Made by a program: the position numbers and the translations under genes
Part shown: piece by piece, positions 7,805 through 17,944 of the stretch
Position numbering within the stretch: position 1 is the first letter of the stretch
How the letters are laid out: each line of letters opens with the position of its first letter
The notes under the pieces: generated by a model
Seen by the model: the letters and a program-made list of their open reading frames with translations, nothing else
What the model was told of the DNA's origin: nothing
Databases searched by the model: none
Source of the DNA: Candidatus Omnitrophota bacterium
Lineage (GTDB): Bacteria; Omnitrophota; Gorgyraeia; Zapsychrales; JANLHA01
Reading direction: 5' to 3'
Length of the DNA stretch: 64,000 bases
NCBI GenBank assembly: GCA_029560465.1
Contig: JAKQKX010000045.1
Coordinates: 152,260-216,259 of the forward strand

Positions 7805-8725
7805 TCACAACCGTTGCAAAAACGACGTTAAATTAATTTTTTGATGGGACAGACCCAGCTTGCGCCGGATATTTTTCCGGTGCATTTCTATGGTGTTAAA
7901 CGACAGTCCCAACAACCCGGCCATTTCTTTCCCGCTCAAGCCGCTTTTAATCATATGACAAATCTCAATTTCCCGGGTCGTCAACCCATATCCAGGACAG
8001 GACAATTTCCTGCCAAAAGCCGACGTCATCTGTTCAAGAGCTTGCTGAAGAAGAATAAGATTTTTTTCTGATTTATTTTTGAGTTTTATCTTTTTAACCA
8101 TGGGTAATAAAACATGCTGGACATTCCCCATCACGTTTTCCTGGATCTTTCTTTTTTCCGTCTCGACCTGTTCCAGGATATCCTGCAAATCCACGTTCTT
8201 CTGTTCCAAAGCCGCCTTCTGCTTCCCAAGGCGCTGTTCCGACTCTTTTAACGCCGCTTCCACCTTTTTAATATCTGTGACATCCCGGATAATTTCAATC
8301 GCCCCGACAACCTGTCCACCGGGGTCACGCAAAAGACTGGCTCGTCCCCAAATGAACACGTTTTTCCCCTTCAGGCGGGCAGTCGTGGTCTCCGCTTCCA
8401 GGGCGTCTATCGTCTTCTTCGTAATCCGATAACGCTGCGCAACTTCTTCTTGCCCCTCCAGGAGAAGATCAATGAGAATCGGGCGGCGCTGGCCGTAGAA
8501 AGGAAGCGCGTATTCATAGCGCCCTTTCCCCAGGATCGCTGCCCGGGGCACCCCGGTTAACCGTTCCATTTCCCGATTCCAGGCGACCACGATTTTCTCC
8601 CGGTCAATAACAAAACAGGAATCCGGAAGACAATCCACAAAATTAGAGAATGGCCCGGAAAAATCCTGAAAGGCTTCCGGACACGGGGACTTCCGTTTCG
8701 ACTTTTTAAGCATCGGCTTAAGCAT
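7805..8725 (-). CDS. PAS-domain / coiled-coil / LuxR-type HTH transcriptional regulator
   Basis: N-terminal PAS-like region, central coiled coil (EAALKESEQRLGKQKAALEQKNVDLQDILEQ) and a C-terminal GerE/LuxR HTH (LTTREIEICHMIKSGLSGKEMAGLLGLSFNTIEMHRKNIRRKLG). Confidence 0.8.
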   Translation of the reverse strand: MLKPMLKKSKRKSPCPEAFQDFSGPFSNFVDCLPDSCFVIDREKIVVAWNREMERLTGVPRAAILGKGRYEYALPFYGQRRPILIDLLLEGQEEVAQRYRITKKTIDALEAETTTARLKGKNVFIWGRASLLRDPGGQVVGAIEIIRDVTDIKKVEAALKESEQRLGKQKAALEQKNVDLQDILEQVETEKRKIQENVMGNVQHVLLPMVKKIKLKNKSEKNLILLQQALEQMTSAFGRKLSCPGYGLTTREIEICHMIKSGLSGKEMAGLLGLSFNTIEMHRKNIRRKLGLSHQKINLTSFLQRL

Positions 8726-8743
8726 GCGCGTTTATCTTACCGC

Positions 8744-9751
8744 TTACGGCAAGGCGGTTTTGTGAGAATCTTGAATATTATATAAAGCGTTAAAAAGCAA
8801 GACATCAACATATGTCTGCAATAACGCCTGGGCGGTTTCGTCCTCCAGCAGGCCCTTCGCCTTATCACGATAATATTGGCGGATATCCTGGAATGAAGCC
8901 CCTCCGCCAGAGGGGAAAGCCTCCTGTATTCGGCTCATATCGTCTTTGAGCTGATGAAGTGTCCCTTGGGGGATGCCCATCGGCTCGCAATAAATTTCAA
9001 CCCAACGAAAATACTCCGCCAAAGGCTGCCGCACGCCTTCAGTATCCCCCTCTTTAATCGCCCGGAGGATCCTTTCGCTTAAAACAAACGCGTGCCCCTG
9101 GTAGCCTGTCTTGACCATGTCTTCGTAGGTTTCCTGTTCCCCGGGAGACATCCCCTCTCCCTTGCGCAATAACTGCAGCCCCTGATAAAACTCCCCTTTC
9201 TGCATCAAATCTGACGATTCTTTGAAAGCCTGCGCGTAGGGGCTGCTGTCTGCTCGGGACATGTCCCGGAGCCTGCCAAGCTGAGTGAGTCCAGTCACCT
9301 TTGTCATCGTCAGCCAGTTAAAAACCCCGACCACAACCGCCAAAGACACCATCATAGGGAACCCGAGCCGCCGGGTCGCGGCGGGATGCCATAGGACGTG
9401 TTTCATCCGCATCCCCTCCAATATTTTTTTATGAATGGTGTAGATTTTAAAAAACACAAAAATATTCAAGCCCGGGAAAAACATCAACACCGTCCATAGA
9501 CCCGGCGACAGCGCCGTGTTCCCGCTCTTGTAAAAACCGGCGGTCAACTGATGGGCATAGAAAAGCAGGTTGAAAAGGATGAACACAAAAAATACGGCGA
9601 CAACCGGGCGTTCCGATGGGCTGAACCCCCGCACGATGGAAAAAATCACGAGTCCCGCGGCAAAGACAGCATATAAAAAAAAGGCTTTAAGGAAATCCCC
9701 CCATATTTTAATATAATTATCTTTATCAAACGTCGTGGTATTATTGATCAT
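8744..9751 (-). CDS. Hypothetical membrane protein (about 4 N-terminal TM helices plus a ~200-aa soluble domain)
   Basis: Long ORF with consistent codon usage and hydrophobic N-terminal segments. The 19-bp gap to the PAS-LuxR gene suggests co-transcription. No motif recognised. Confidence 0.55.
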   Translation of the reverse strand: MINNTTTFDKDNYIKIWGDFLKAFFLYAVFAAGLVIFSIVRGFSPSERPVVAVFFVFILFNLLFYAHQLTAGFYKSGNTALSPGLWTVLMFFPGLNIFVFFKIYTIHKKILEGMRMKHVLWHPAATRRLGFPMMVSLAVVVGVFNWLTMTKVTGLTQLGRLRDMSRADSSPYAQAFKESSDLMQKGEFYQGLQLLRKGEGMSPGEQETYEDMVKTGYQGHAFVLSERILRAIKEGDTEGVRQPLAEYFRWVEIYCEPMGIPQGTLHQLKDDMSRIQEAFPSGGGASFQDIRQYYRDKAKGLLEDETAQALLQTYVDVLLFNALYNIQDSHKTALP

Positions 9752-9847
9752 ACCCCCTCATTTCATGACCCGCCTCACCATGCCCGTTCCCCATGTTTCA
9801 TGCCGGATTATGGAATTCCCAGGACCCGCGGACACACAACGCCCGGC

Positions 9848-11332
9848 TTATCTTTCCATAATCCAAATCACCGGAAAAACCCGCCCCCGGCCTTTTGATG
9901 AATAATACCTCATACGGCCCGAAGCCGCAACCTCACGAAACCCCTCTTGCTTGAGAAAACGCAGCAAAGACGGGTCATACGGGTCCACAAGCAGATTATC
10001 AGGCCGGCCCCAATTATCCAAAACAACCATCATGGAGCCGTGATGGGTTCCCATCAACGCATCGCGGGCTTCCTCCTGCAACGGCCAGTGTATAATTTGC
10101 CCCCCAAAATCCTTAAATTCAATCCCGGTATAATACCGCACCAAATCCGGCGAGCTGGCGACAATAAGGGTGTCTGGGGTCGCGGCCTTTTTTATCTCCT
10201 GCGCCGCAGCCTGAAACCCGACATAAAAATGGGTCTCCTCCTCCAACATAGATGCCAGTTCAGGATAAGCGAAAACAGCAAAAGCGCAAACATATAAAAC
10301 AACCATCACATTGGCCAGCCGCTTTCCTTCCTGGGAACGGAAAATGCTTCGCGCGCCTTGGTACATCCCGAAAGACAATAAAATGAGAAGCGCGGGAAGA
10401 TAAACCATGCTATACCGGCTGGTTTTCTCGGCGGCCAAGGAAAAAATGGCGGCGAAAACAAGAACCCACAGAACCAAAAGCAAACAAGCCCTCCTGTCCT
10501 TTTTCCATGAAAAAAAAACGCCGGCAGCGCAGAAGAACAAGGCAAAAGGGAAATCCAACAACAGCGGGAGGTCCAGCCCATAGAACCAGGCCGAAGAATT
10601 CCCGGATGTATTAATAACAACCGCAGACACGTTCCCCCAGGCCCGCCCTAATTGAATATAATTATTGATAAGCAGCCCCATCACAACGGCGAGAATGATT
10701 CCAAGGGGGAGGAAAACTTTTTGAAGCCGCTGTTTGATTCCCAACGCATCAAAACCCGCCAGGTAAAAAATAAAGATAACCGGGATAACCAACAACGCCG
10801 ACCACTTCAGGAGAATAGCCACGCACCCGGCGAGCCCGACCCTAAACCCGGAACAGGGGTCCGCCGACCGGCTCGCCCGGATAAGTTCGAAAGCCAGCCA
10901 CATCATAACGGTCATCAGCAACCCATCAATGAGAATTTTTGGTGAAAACTTAACATAAACACTATTGGTGGCCAGCAGGACCGCGCTTAAGAATCCCACG
11001 ACGGCATTAAACAGTTTCTTCCCAAGAGCATAAATCATCCCGATTCCGGACAAACTGATCAGGACGGCCATCAAACGGCAGCCAGCGAGCGACCGCCCGA
11101 AAACAGCCAAAAAAACTGAAAATAACGGCGGATGGGTGTTTATGATTCCCCTCGAAAAAAGGATGGAAGGGTTTTCCGCAATACGCTGCGCGTACCAGGC
11201 GTACTCGGCTTCGTCGGCCCACAAGCGTTCCGCGAATCCGTACCTCATCCTTAACTGCAGCGACATCAATAAAATCCCGGCCAGCAAAAAAAGCAGGACC
11301 GACTCCCTGAACGCAACATTGAATAATTTCAT
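9848..11332 (-). CDS. GT-C fold glycosyltransferase, ArnT/PMT family (COG1807-like)
   Basis: ~12 TM helices with the first-loop acidic motif RLWADEAEYAWYAQRI (the DE motif of PMT/ArnT) and a C-terminal soluble domain. Confidence 0.7.
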   Translation of the reverse strand: MKLFNVAFRESVLLFLLAGILLMSLQLRMRYGFAERLWADEAEYAWYAQRIAENPSILFSRGIINTHPPLFSVFLAVFGRSLAGCRLMAVLISLSGIGMIYALGKKLFNAVVGFLSAVLLATNSVYVKFSPKILIDGLLMTVMMWLAFELIRASRSADPCSGFRVGLAGCVAILLKWSALLVIPVIFIFYLAGFDALGIKQRLQKVFLPLGIILAVVMGLLINNYIQLGRAWGNVSAVVINTSGNSSAWFYGLDLPLLLDFPFALFFCAAGVFFSWKKDRRACLLLVLWVLVFAAIFSLAAEKTSRYSMVYLPALLILLSFGMYQGARSIFRSQEGKRLANVMVVLYVCAFAVFAYPELASMLEEETHFYVGFQAAAQEIKKAATPDTLIVASSPDLVRYYTGIEFKDFGGQIIHWPLQEEARDALMGTHHGSMMVVLDNWGRPDNLLVDPYDPSLLRFLKQEGFREVAASGRMRYYSSKGRGRVFPVIWIMER

Positions 11333-11359
11333 CGCTCCGGCACTCCCCGGCTCAGCGGC

Positions 11360-11635
11360 TCATTCTTCCATATAACCAAGACATTCGCATTGCGGGCCAG
11401 ACAGGATATTCCACTGAAATGAATACCCCGGGAACCCATCTTCCTTGCACTTCGCCTGGCATTGATTGGCCCGCGCCTCGGACTCGGTATTTTTTTTATA
11501 AGCGAAATGCAACAAATACAGGGTGACAGGCACGATAATAACAACCATAAGGACCGTCCGGACCGATGCCGCCTGAAATTTTTTCTGCATATGCGCCTCC
11601 CTTTCCTGTTTTTTAAAATCATCAACCGTGAACAT
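11360..11635 (-). CDS. Small hypothetical membrane protein with a Cys-rich C-terminus
   Basis: 91-aa ORF with one TM helix (TVLMVVIIVPVTLYLLHF) and CQAKC...CEC. It overlaps an alternative-frame ORF, 11329..11625. Confidence 0.3.
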   Translation of the reverse strand: MFTVDDFKKQEREAHMQKKFQAASVRTVLMVVIIVPVTLYLLHFAYKKNTESEARANQCQAKCKEDGFPGYSFQWNILSGPQCECLGYMEE

Positions 11636-11993
11636 CCCTTCCCAAGGATAATTTTTCCCGGCTAACCCTCTTATTGTACCAACTCCTTCATGATATACAA
11701 CAGGATATCAAAAAACAAAATCCCCCTTGTGCCCCGCCTTGGATGATATAAATAATGCGGGATCAGGATCATCGTTAAAATAACGCTTTTATTCAAACTA
11801 TTTGTACTATCATTCCTTTAATTTTACTATGGCGGGCTCACGGGGACCAAGCGAAAAACGGTCTGAAAATGAAAAGCAACCGCTGATGAACGCCTGATGA
11901 AACCGGGCAACACTAAGCACCGGGAGCCGGCGGCTCCCGGTGGATATGAGCCGGCGCTGAAAGCTAAGGATATACGGAGCGGCTGAAGAAGAA

Positions 11994-12530
11994 CTAATCT
12001 TTTTGTTTCTTTTCTATCTGAATGTCCTTGGGGAAAGGATGCCCTTGCCCCTGCTCGCAAAATTCCTTAAGACTCAGCAGATAAAGCGCCCATTTTGTAT
12101 TACATTGCGCAAAAAAACCCGTTTGTTCTTCCCATCCCGACTGAGCGAAGAACAAATCCGTCCCCCCATCCAGGTCTTCCATCTCAAAGGTTAGAATGGT
12201 GTCTTTCCAGGCATCCACGCCGTCCACGCATTTCCACTTGATAAATTCATCCGGGATAAGCTCCAAGACTTCCATAACCGGGCCCTGATCCGGGAAACGG
12301 AATGTCAATTGTTTCCCTTCCTGGCTCACGCCGTCAACATGGTTCGTCCACCACCCCTTTAAGCCATCAACTGTAGAAACGGCCTGGAACACTTTCGCCC
12401 CCGGAGCATTAATGTTAAGCCTATGAACAATGTCTGTCATGCCACTGCCTTTCTTTGAACGATTTTCAACCAATGCGCCTCTTTCATGAAGCGCAATTCC
12501 CTCTCTTACCTTAATAAGATTATCACTCAA
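11994..12530 (-). CDS. SRPBCC superfamily protein (AHSA1 / polyketide cyclase-like). The likely true start is Met31 at 12440.
   Basis: MTDIVHRLNINAPGAKVFQAVSTVDGLKGWWT is typical of the AHSA1/SRPBCC N-terminus; the domain is ~150 aa. Confidence 0.65.
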   Translation of the reverse strand: MSDNLIKVREGIALHERGALVENRSKKGSGMTDIVHRLNINAPGAKVFQAVSTVDGLKGWWTNHVDGVSQEGKQLTFRFPDQGPVMEVLELIPDEFIKWKCVDGVDAWKDTILTFEMEDLDGGTDLFFAQSGWEEQTGFFAQCNTKWALYLLSLKEFCEQGQGHPFPKDIQIEKKQKD

Positions 12531-12839
12531 ACCCTCTGGGCGCGCTTCCGCCCCCCTATAACCCGCCCTCTCCTTTTAACGCCATAATTTAATCAAGCAA
12601 GTGTATCACAGAGTTGTCTCATTTTGAATCAGTATTTTCCAGAATCAGGGAAATGCTCTTTTAAATCACGGTTCTGGGCCCCCGGCTCCATATCCCCCCA
12701 GGTAATAAGCATAACATATAGCACCCTTAACCCCCAATGGCCTCTTTTAAAAAATATTTAACCTGAAAATTATTGCCGAAACTCCCCGGGAAACTTATAA
12801 TAAAAAATTATATAATTTTATCTTATTTTAAATCTTTAT

Positions 12840-14414
12840 ATGCAAATAAAAATAAAACATCTGAATTCCCCGCTGCCCTTTTCAGCAGAAATATTCAAAG
12901 AGTTCCTATTCCCTCTTATCCTGGCCGCTTTAATGCTGTTTCACGGCCTGTCCCTCATAAGCAAAGGCCCCTACCATGTAGACTGTCTCGGGTTAACCGT
13001 GGCCGCCGAAAAATCGCTGGAGACCCACAAACTTCATTTTAACGCCGGACACGGATATCCGCTCATACTGTTCCTCAGCATAATTTTTATCAGCATAGCC
13101 AACGTTTTTAATGTCGCGGATCCGGTTACCGCTGTTAACTTTATGAACGTCTTTTTCAGCTCAATCAGCGTCATTCCCTTCTTCTTCTTCCTTAAAAACT
13201 TGTTTAACGCCAAGACCGCTATCCTGGCATCCCTGTTGTTATGCATTAACCCGCTCTTCCTATCCACGTCTATTTACGGCAACAGCCATTCTCCTTTTTT
13301 ATTTTTCATGTTCGCCTCCCTTGGGCTGCTCACGATTTTCTTCAAATCCCATTCGACGAAGCACCTGGCCTTAAGCGCCCTCTTTTTCGGCTTATCCGGG
13401 GCCGCCCGAATCCAGGACATGGCCGCCATGATTATCCCGATGAGCTTTCTTTATGTCCTTCTGGCCCACCATTCGCCGATGAGCGTCCCGCGCAAGAAAA
13501 CGACATTTTTCTCGAAGCGCTTTCTTCTGGCTGTCCTCCTGGCCCTGCTCACCCTAACGCTCTTTTATGCCGCGGTCTTCACGAGCCGAGGGGTGAATTA
13601 TTTTAATAAAGGGTTCTTTCAATACCGCCTGCTGGACCCTTTCGCAGGATTGATCTCTGAATATCTAAAAATAAGTTTCGATTATCTTATTTCCAATTTC
13701 TCCTACTTGGGCCTCCTGGTTGTTATCGGGGGATTGATTATCCTGGCTTTTGAAAGCCGGCAAAAATTCTGGTTCCTGCTGCTCTGGTTTACAATCCCCT
13801 TCTTAGCTTTCGGCAATTCATTCTTCATTACCCCCCGCTTTCTCTTAACGAGCTTTGTCGCCCTTGTCATCAGCCAGGGATATCTGTTTTCAAAACTAAT
13901 CTCGAACCGCTCAAAACCCGTTGATATCTGCGGGAAAGTCCTGTTCATTCTCGTAGTCATATTGTCTTATCACAATATTTATCCGACGCTGTCTTTCCGG
14001 CACCGCCATGACCTTCTGCCGGAATACGGCCGTTGGATAGCCCGCGTCACGGAGCCAAACGCCAAAATCATCGTGGGCGACGAAAGGGCGTTCATTCAAT
14101 ACTACGGGAACAGGGAGACCATCCATCAAATTGTCACCGACACGACATATTACCAACAACAGGAATCTTTACGGGAAGAACTGCGGGCTTATAAAAAAAA
14201 CCTGGACGCCCTGCTGGACAGCGGGGTCCCGGTCTATATCACGGAAAACGGCCTCTTAAGCAACAATGTCGGGCTCTTTTATTTCTTTATCACGAAATAC
14301 TATAATCTGAGGTACCAGGGGGAAGCGCCCTTCGAAGTATGGCATCGTCGGTGCCTCAAACATCTGGTCATCCGGATCAAACTCTACCGTCTCACCCCAA
14401 AACCGACCTCATAA
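12840..14414 (+). CDS. Polytopic membrane protein, putative GT-C-type glycosyltransferase
   Basis: More than 10 TM helices over the first ~370 aa, then a ~150-aa soluble C-terminal domain. This architecture resembles its neighbours. It is the only long plus-strand gene in this block. Confidence 0.45.
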   Translation: MQIKIKHLNSPLPFSAEIFKEFLFPLILAALMLFHGLSLISKGPYHVDCLGLTVAAEKSLETHKLHFNAGHGYPLILFLSIIFISIANVFNVADPVTAVNFMNVFFSSISVIPFFFFLKNLFNAKTAILASLLLCINPLFLSTSIYGNSHSPFLFFMFASLGLLTIFFKSHSTKHLALSALFFGLSGAARIQDMAAMIIPMSFLYVLLAHHSPMSVPRKKTTFFSKRFLLAVLLALLTLTLFYAAVFTSRGVNYFNKGFFQYRLLDPFAGLISEYLKISFDYLISNFSYLGLLVVIGGLIILAFESRQKFWFLLLWFTIPFLAFGNSFFITPRFLLTSFVALVISQGYLFSKLISNRSKPVDICGKVLFILVVILSYHNIYPTLSFRHRHDLLPEYGRWIARVTEPNAKIIVGDERAFIQYYGNRETIHQIVTDTTYYQQQESLREELRAYKKNLDALLDSGVPVYITENGLLSNNVGLFYFFITKYYNLRYQGEAPFEVWHRRCLKHLVIRIKLYRLTPKPTS

Positions 14415-14470
14415 CCCCACCCGGACGTACGGCCCTGGCCTCTCACTAATAAAAAAGCATCCCTATCCTA

Positions 14471-16102
14471 TTAATGGGCCAAATTGAACAACCTCAGAAT
14501 GCCGCGGACCCGGCCATCCCCGGCGTACTGCATATAAACGGCATACCCGTTCTCCAGCTGGGGATGCATGCCTTCCAAGGCGACACAATATTCGTTTAAA
14601 AATAACGGGAATGTCAAAAGAAGCGTTATGATGGCCAAAATATAAGGTGCGGCTCGTTTTTCATGGACGACGGTTTGAACGGTTGAAGCGCAAAAAATCA
14701 TAATCAACGCTAATGCCGGCAGGCTTCCCCTCATCACCAAATCATTCCAGTTGCCGCCGTGAAAAGCCGAAATAACGAAAATCGACAAGAACGAAAACCC
14801 GATAATGGGCGGGAAACTTCGTCGGATCATATAATAAGCAACGCCGAGCATAAAGGCCGGGTAAAACTCAATAAAATGGAAAAGGAAGAAATCATAAAGT
14901 TTCGCCCGCGTCAATAATATATCAAACCCCTCCGCTTCAACCTTTGTGCTGTAAAACAGAAAAATGGCCGCGGTGACAAAAAGCCCGGAAAGGATATTCA
15001 TCGAGTTCGCAGAAAAGAACTCCCCCGCCTGTTTGAAGGATAACGACCGGCGCACCCCGATAAGCCGGGACACACAAAAATAAGCCAAAAACGGGATGCT
15101 CCCGACCCAGGCCAGGCTGGCTCCTGAAAGCAAAAAAACGGTCCATAAACAAAACGGGAACAGGGAAAAATTCTTCCTGAACAGCGCGAGGAAAACAACC
15201 CCCAAAAAAGTGACAACAAGTTGATGCGGGACCCACGACCAGGCGCTGATAAAAGAGCTGATCTGCGCGTTATATTGTGCCGCCCCCCATTCCGCGTGGC
15301 CGACAAGCCAGGTCCTTTTGGCAATCCAGATAAACCAATAATCCATTCCGGCAAAAAACACAAGGGCGGGATAAAAAAGGCCCCAAGGCCCATTATCGGC
15401 GGGCCGAAAAAGCTCCCGGCACACGACCGGCAACAAAAGGAATATAATCGCGACCCCCAGCAGGTTCCATATCAAAAACGAAGTCGATAAAAATCCCCAA
15501 ATGGACGGCGCCGGCAAAGAAGAAACGAGCCCCCCCAACAATTTGCACACATAAACCCCGGGCAGGTACATCGCGTAATAATAAACCAACCGCGTGCCCG
15601 GGACGACCTGCCCGGAACAGTCAAAGCCCGTGCACAACAGCGGGTCCCAGGGGCAATCATACAAACTCATCAGGACGCTGCGGTGTTTATGCCAATCCCC
15701 CACAACGCTGAGGTCAAAAAATACCGCCCCGTGGTTCAAGGCCAACAACGCGATGCTCATGAGAAACCAATCCAGCCTCAATTTATATTCATGGCCCGGG
15801 CGCAGCAACGTTTCGCTCTTCACGATTCTTCTGACAGCGTTAAAAAAGCCATACACTATTAAAAGGCACAGCACGGCGCGTTGAAGCAGGGACAACGGCA
15901 AGGAAAAACAGAACAGCGCCGACGGGATCGTCAAGTACGCCAGGCCCGCGCAGAGGATTTTCCTTATCTGGTCAACCCCCACGGCACATTCACGCTTCAA
16001 TCCGCATAATAAAGACAGAAGGACTCCGAGAAAAATGCCCCGGAACATCTGGAAACTAACGAAAAATCGGATCATGGCAATGGTGTCATTTGTTCGGTTC
16101 AA
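14471..16102 (-). CDS. Polytopic integral membrane protein (>=12 TM), function unknown, possibly a GT-C or polymerase-like protein
   Basis: 543-aa ORF that is hydrophobic almost throughout. Its start overlaps the next gene by 4 nt. Confidence 0.45.
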   Translation of the reverse strand: MNRTNDTIAMIRFFVSFQMFRGIFLGVLLSLLCGLKRECAVGVDQIRKILCAGLAYLTIPSALFCFSLPLSLLQRAVLCLLIVYGFFNAVRRIVKSETLLRPGHEYKLRLDWFLMSIALLALNHGAVFFDLSVVGDWHKHRSVLMSLYDCPWDPLLCTGFDCSGQVVPGTRLVYYYAMYLPGVYVCKLLGGLVSSLPAPSIWGFLSTSFLIWNLLGVAIIFLLLPVVCRELFRPADNGPWGLFYPALVFFAGMDYWFIWIAKRTWLVGHAEWGAAQYNAQISSFISAWSWVPHQLVVTFLGVVFLALFRKNFSLFPFCLWTVFLLSGASLAWVGSIPFLAYFCVSRLIGVRRSLSFKQAGEFFSANSMNILSGLFVTAAIFLFYSTKVEAEGFDILLTRAKLYDFFLFHFIEFYPAFMLGVAYYMIRRSFPPIIGFSFLSIFVISAFHGGNWNDLVMRGSLPALALIMIFCASTVQTVVHEKRAAPYILAIITLLLTFPLFLNEYCVALEGMHPQLENGYAVYMQYAGDGRVRGILRLFNLAH

Positions 16103-17832
16103 TCAACGGACCTTATATTCTTAGCCGGGACATAAACCGCCCGGAGAAATTGTGCCTCCTGCTCATTAAAAGAAAACTTAACCACCGAAAAATCCGTGTT
16201 CCCTCCCGGAACCATATCGGTCACGCTCAGCGGCGGCCTCTCTGCGTCAAGATAAACCAAGGTCGGATAGTCGGCGATTTCCGCATCAAGGATAGTGTCC
16301 TGCCCCCATAAGAATTCGGATTTGGGATAGAAATACCTGTAAGAATCATAAAGGTTCGCATATTCAACATGCTCCGAAGCGACGATAATCCTTAACCGGC
16401 CGTTGGGGTCAATCCCGTATTCATCAACGACATCGAGCGTATTATAAATAACCTCATCCCTGATTCCGCTCCTGTACAGTTTCAGGCTTTCATGCAAATT
16501 TCCCCCGGGGATCAAGATTCCAAAACACAGAACCAGCAAAAGGATCTTGGAGGATATGGCCCTCCGGCTCACCAGCCACGGCTCGATTGTGAAAGCCAAC
16601 GTTATCAAGACAGGCGGAATAATGACCAAAGCCCTGTGCAGGCTGTACGGAGGAGCCGGGCTCGCGAACCCGCCAAGCTGTGTCGCCATAAAAACCGTCA
16701 CCACCGCCCAAAGGGATATCCAGAAATCCCGGGGATGAAACATTTTCATCAAAGATACCATAATATAGACGACGACCGGCAAGGGAAGAAACGCCTGGCA
16801 GGAAGGGATAAAAAGGGCTCTTAAAGTGCCGAACAGGTACGGCCACCGCGAATAACCAGGAGCCCAGACTCCGCTTTGACGGAAAAACATATCCGTCCGG
16901 GTGAAAAAAGATGCCGCGCCAAAAACGGTTATAAAGACCACCACGCTTATCCATAGCATCACAGGATAAACGCTGTTCAACCGCTGTTCCTGTTTGATGC
17001 GCAACCCGATCAGCACAATCAGCAACACCCAGGGGGCAAGCCCCGGAGTATACGATGTCGCCAACAATGCTCCGATATAGGCTAAGCTAACCGCCCGTAA
17101 TGGTGTTATGCCCTTCAGGCACAACAGAAACCACCCCGCCGCCTGGAGCGTAAAAGATACCGGCAAGAGCGACTGTTCACAGGAAACCATGACATTAACA
17201 ACGAAGGGGAAGCACAAGAGCGACAGCGCCATCAGAGGCGCGAGAAGCGTCCTCCCTGTTTTATGTTCCTCAAAAGACCTGCTCAACCCGCAATAAAACA
17301 GCATCATCCCGAGCAAGAAAGCCGCCGCGAACCCCGAACGGAGTGCCACAAGATTTCTGCCGAGAAACAAAGACGGCAGCGCGAGAAGAAGGTACTGTCG
17401 GGCGGGATATCCCAAAAAACCTGTTTTCGTGTAATTCAAGTCATGAAATTTAAAAAAGGCGCAGCCGTCCGCCACTTGTTGCGTGCCTTCATGGTTAATG
17501 GACAATCCTCTGGAAGCCGCGATATTAAAAGCGGCCCAGGCAACAAGGAAAAAGACTAATATCCCGCGGAAGTTCTTTCCCAACACATCTTGCCGGAGGG
17601 TTTTATAAATGACATATAAACTGCTGATAAGATAAACACCGCTGTGCACCAGCCAGCACCGGGCAGCCACAAAGGATAAAACACCTGGCCGTAGATAAGC
17701 GCATATCTCAAGCACGGTCAACATCAGGGAGATAAAAAACACACTTGGAAAACTTTTCCTGAAATTATGACTATCGGCAGGCATATGGATATTTCGAATT
17801 TTAGTTAATGGCGGCAGATCATACAACCTCAC
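16099..17832 (-). CDS. Polytopic membrane protein with a C-terminal soluble domain, putative GT-C-type glycosyltransferase
   Basis: ~11 TM helices plus a ~170-aa C-terminal domain, the same architecture as 9848..11332. Confidence 0.45.
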   Translation of the reverse strand: MRLYDLPPLTKIRNIHMPADSHNFRKSFPSVFFISLMLTVLEICAYLRPGVLSFVAARCWLVHSGVYLISSLYVIYKTLRQDVLGKNFRGILVFFLVAWAAFNIAASRGLSINHEGTQQVADGCAFFKFHDLNYTKTGFLGYPARQYLLLALPSLFLGRNLVALRSGFAAAFLLGMMLFYCGLSRSFEEHKTGRTLLAPLMALSLLCFPFVVNVMVSCEQSLLPVSFTLQAAGWFLLCLKGITPLRAVSLAYIGALLATSYTPGLAPWVLLIVLIGLRIKQEQRLNSVYPVMLWISVVVFITVFGAASFFTRTDMFFRQSGVWAPGYSRWPYLFGTLRALFIPSCQAFLPLPVVVYIMVSLMKMFHPRDFWISLWAVVTVFMATQLGGFASPAPPYSLHRALVIIPPVLITLAFTIEPWLVSRRAISSKILLLVLCFGILIPGGNLHESLKLYRSGIRDEVIYNTLDVVDEYGIDPNGRLRIIVASEHVEYANLYDSYRYFYPKSEFLWGQDTILDAEIADYPTLVYLDAERPPLSVTDMVPGGNTDFSVVKFSFNEQEAQFLRAVYVPAKNIRSVD

Positions 17833-17944
17833 GCAGCCCGGGTTTTGACGTTCCTATACGGCTTCTTGCTTCCCCGTCAGGGAGATGCCTTTTTAATACT
17901 GAATTATAACATATTAACGCGGAATCGCGCCGCGTGACGCATCT

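Noticed and set aside
11329-11625. 98-aa ORF overlapping 11360..11635 in another frame
   Set aside because: Its Arg/Cys-rich low-complexity translation is less plausible than the TM-containing alternative. Neither is strongly supported.
11913-11940. Perfect 9-bp-stem palindrome CCGGGAGCC-GGC-GGCTCCCGG downstream of the SRPBCC gene
   Set aside because: No adjacent T-run on either strand, so not a canonical intrinsic terminator. It may still be a REP-like site or protein-binding site. Left unannotated.
16490-16954. Overlapping 110-154-aa ORFs on both strands within 16099..17832
   Set aside because: Shadow frames inside the polytopic membrane-protein gene.
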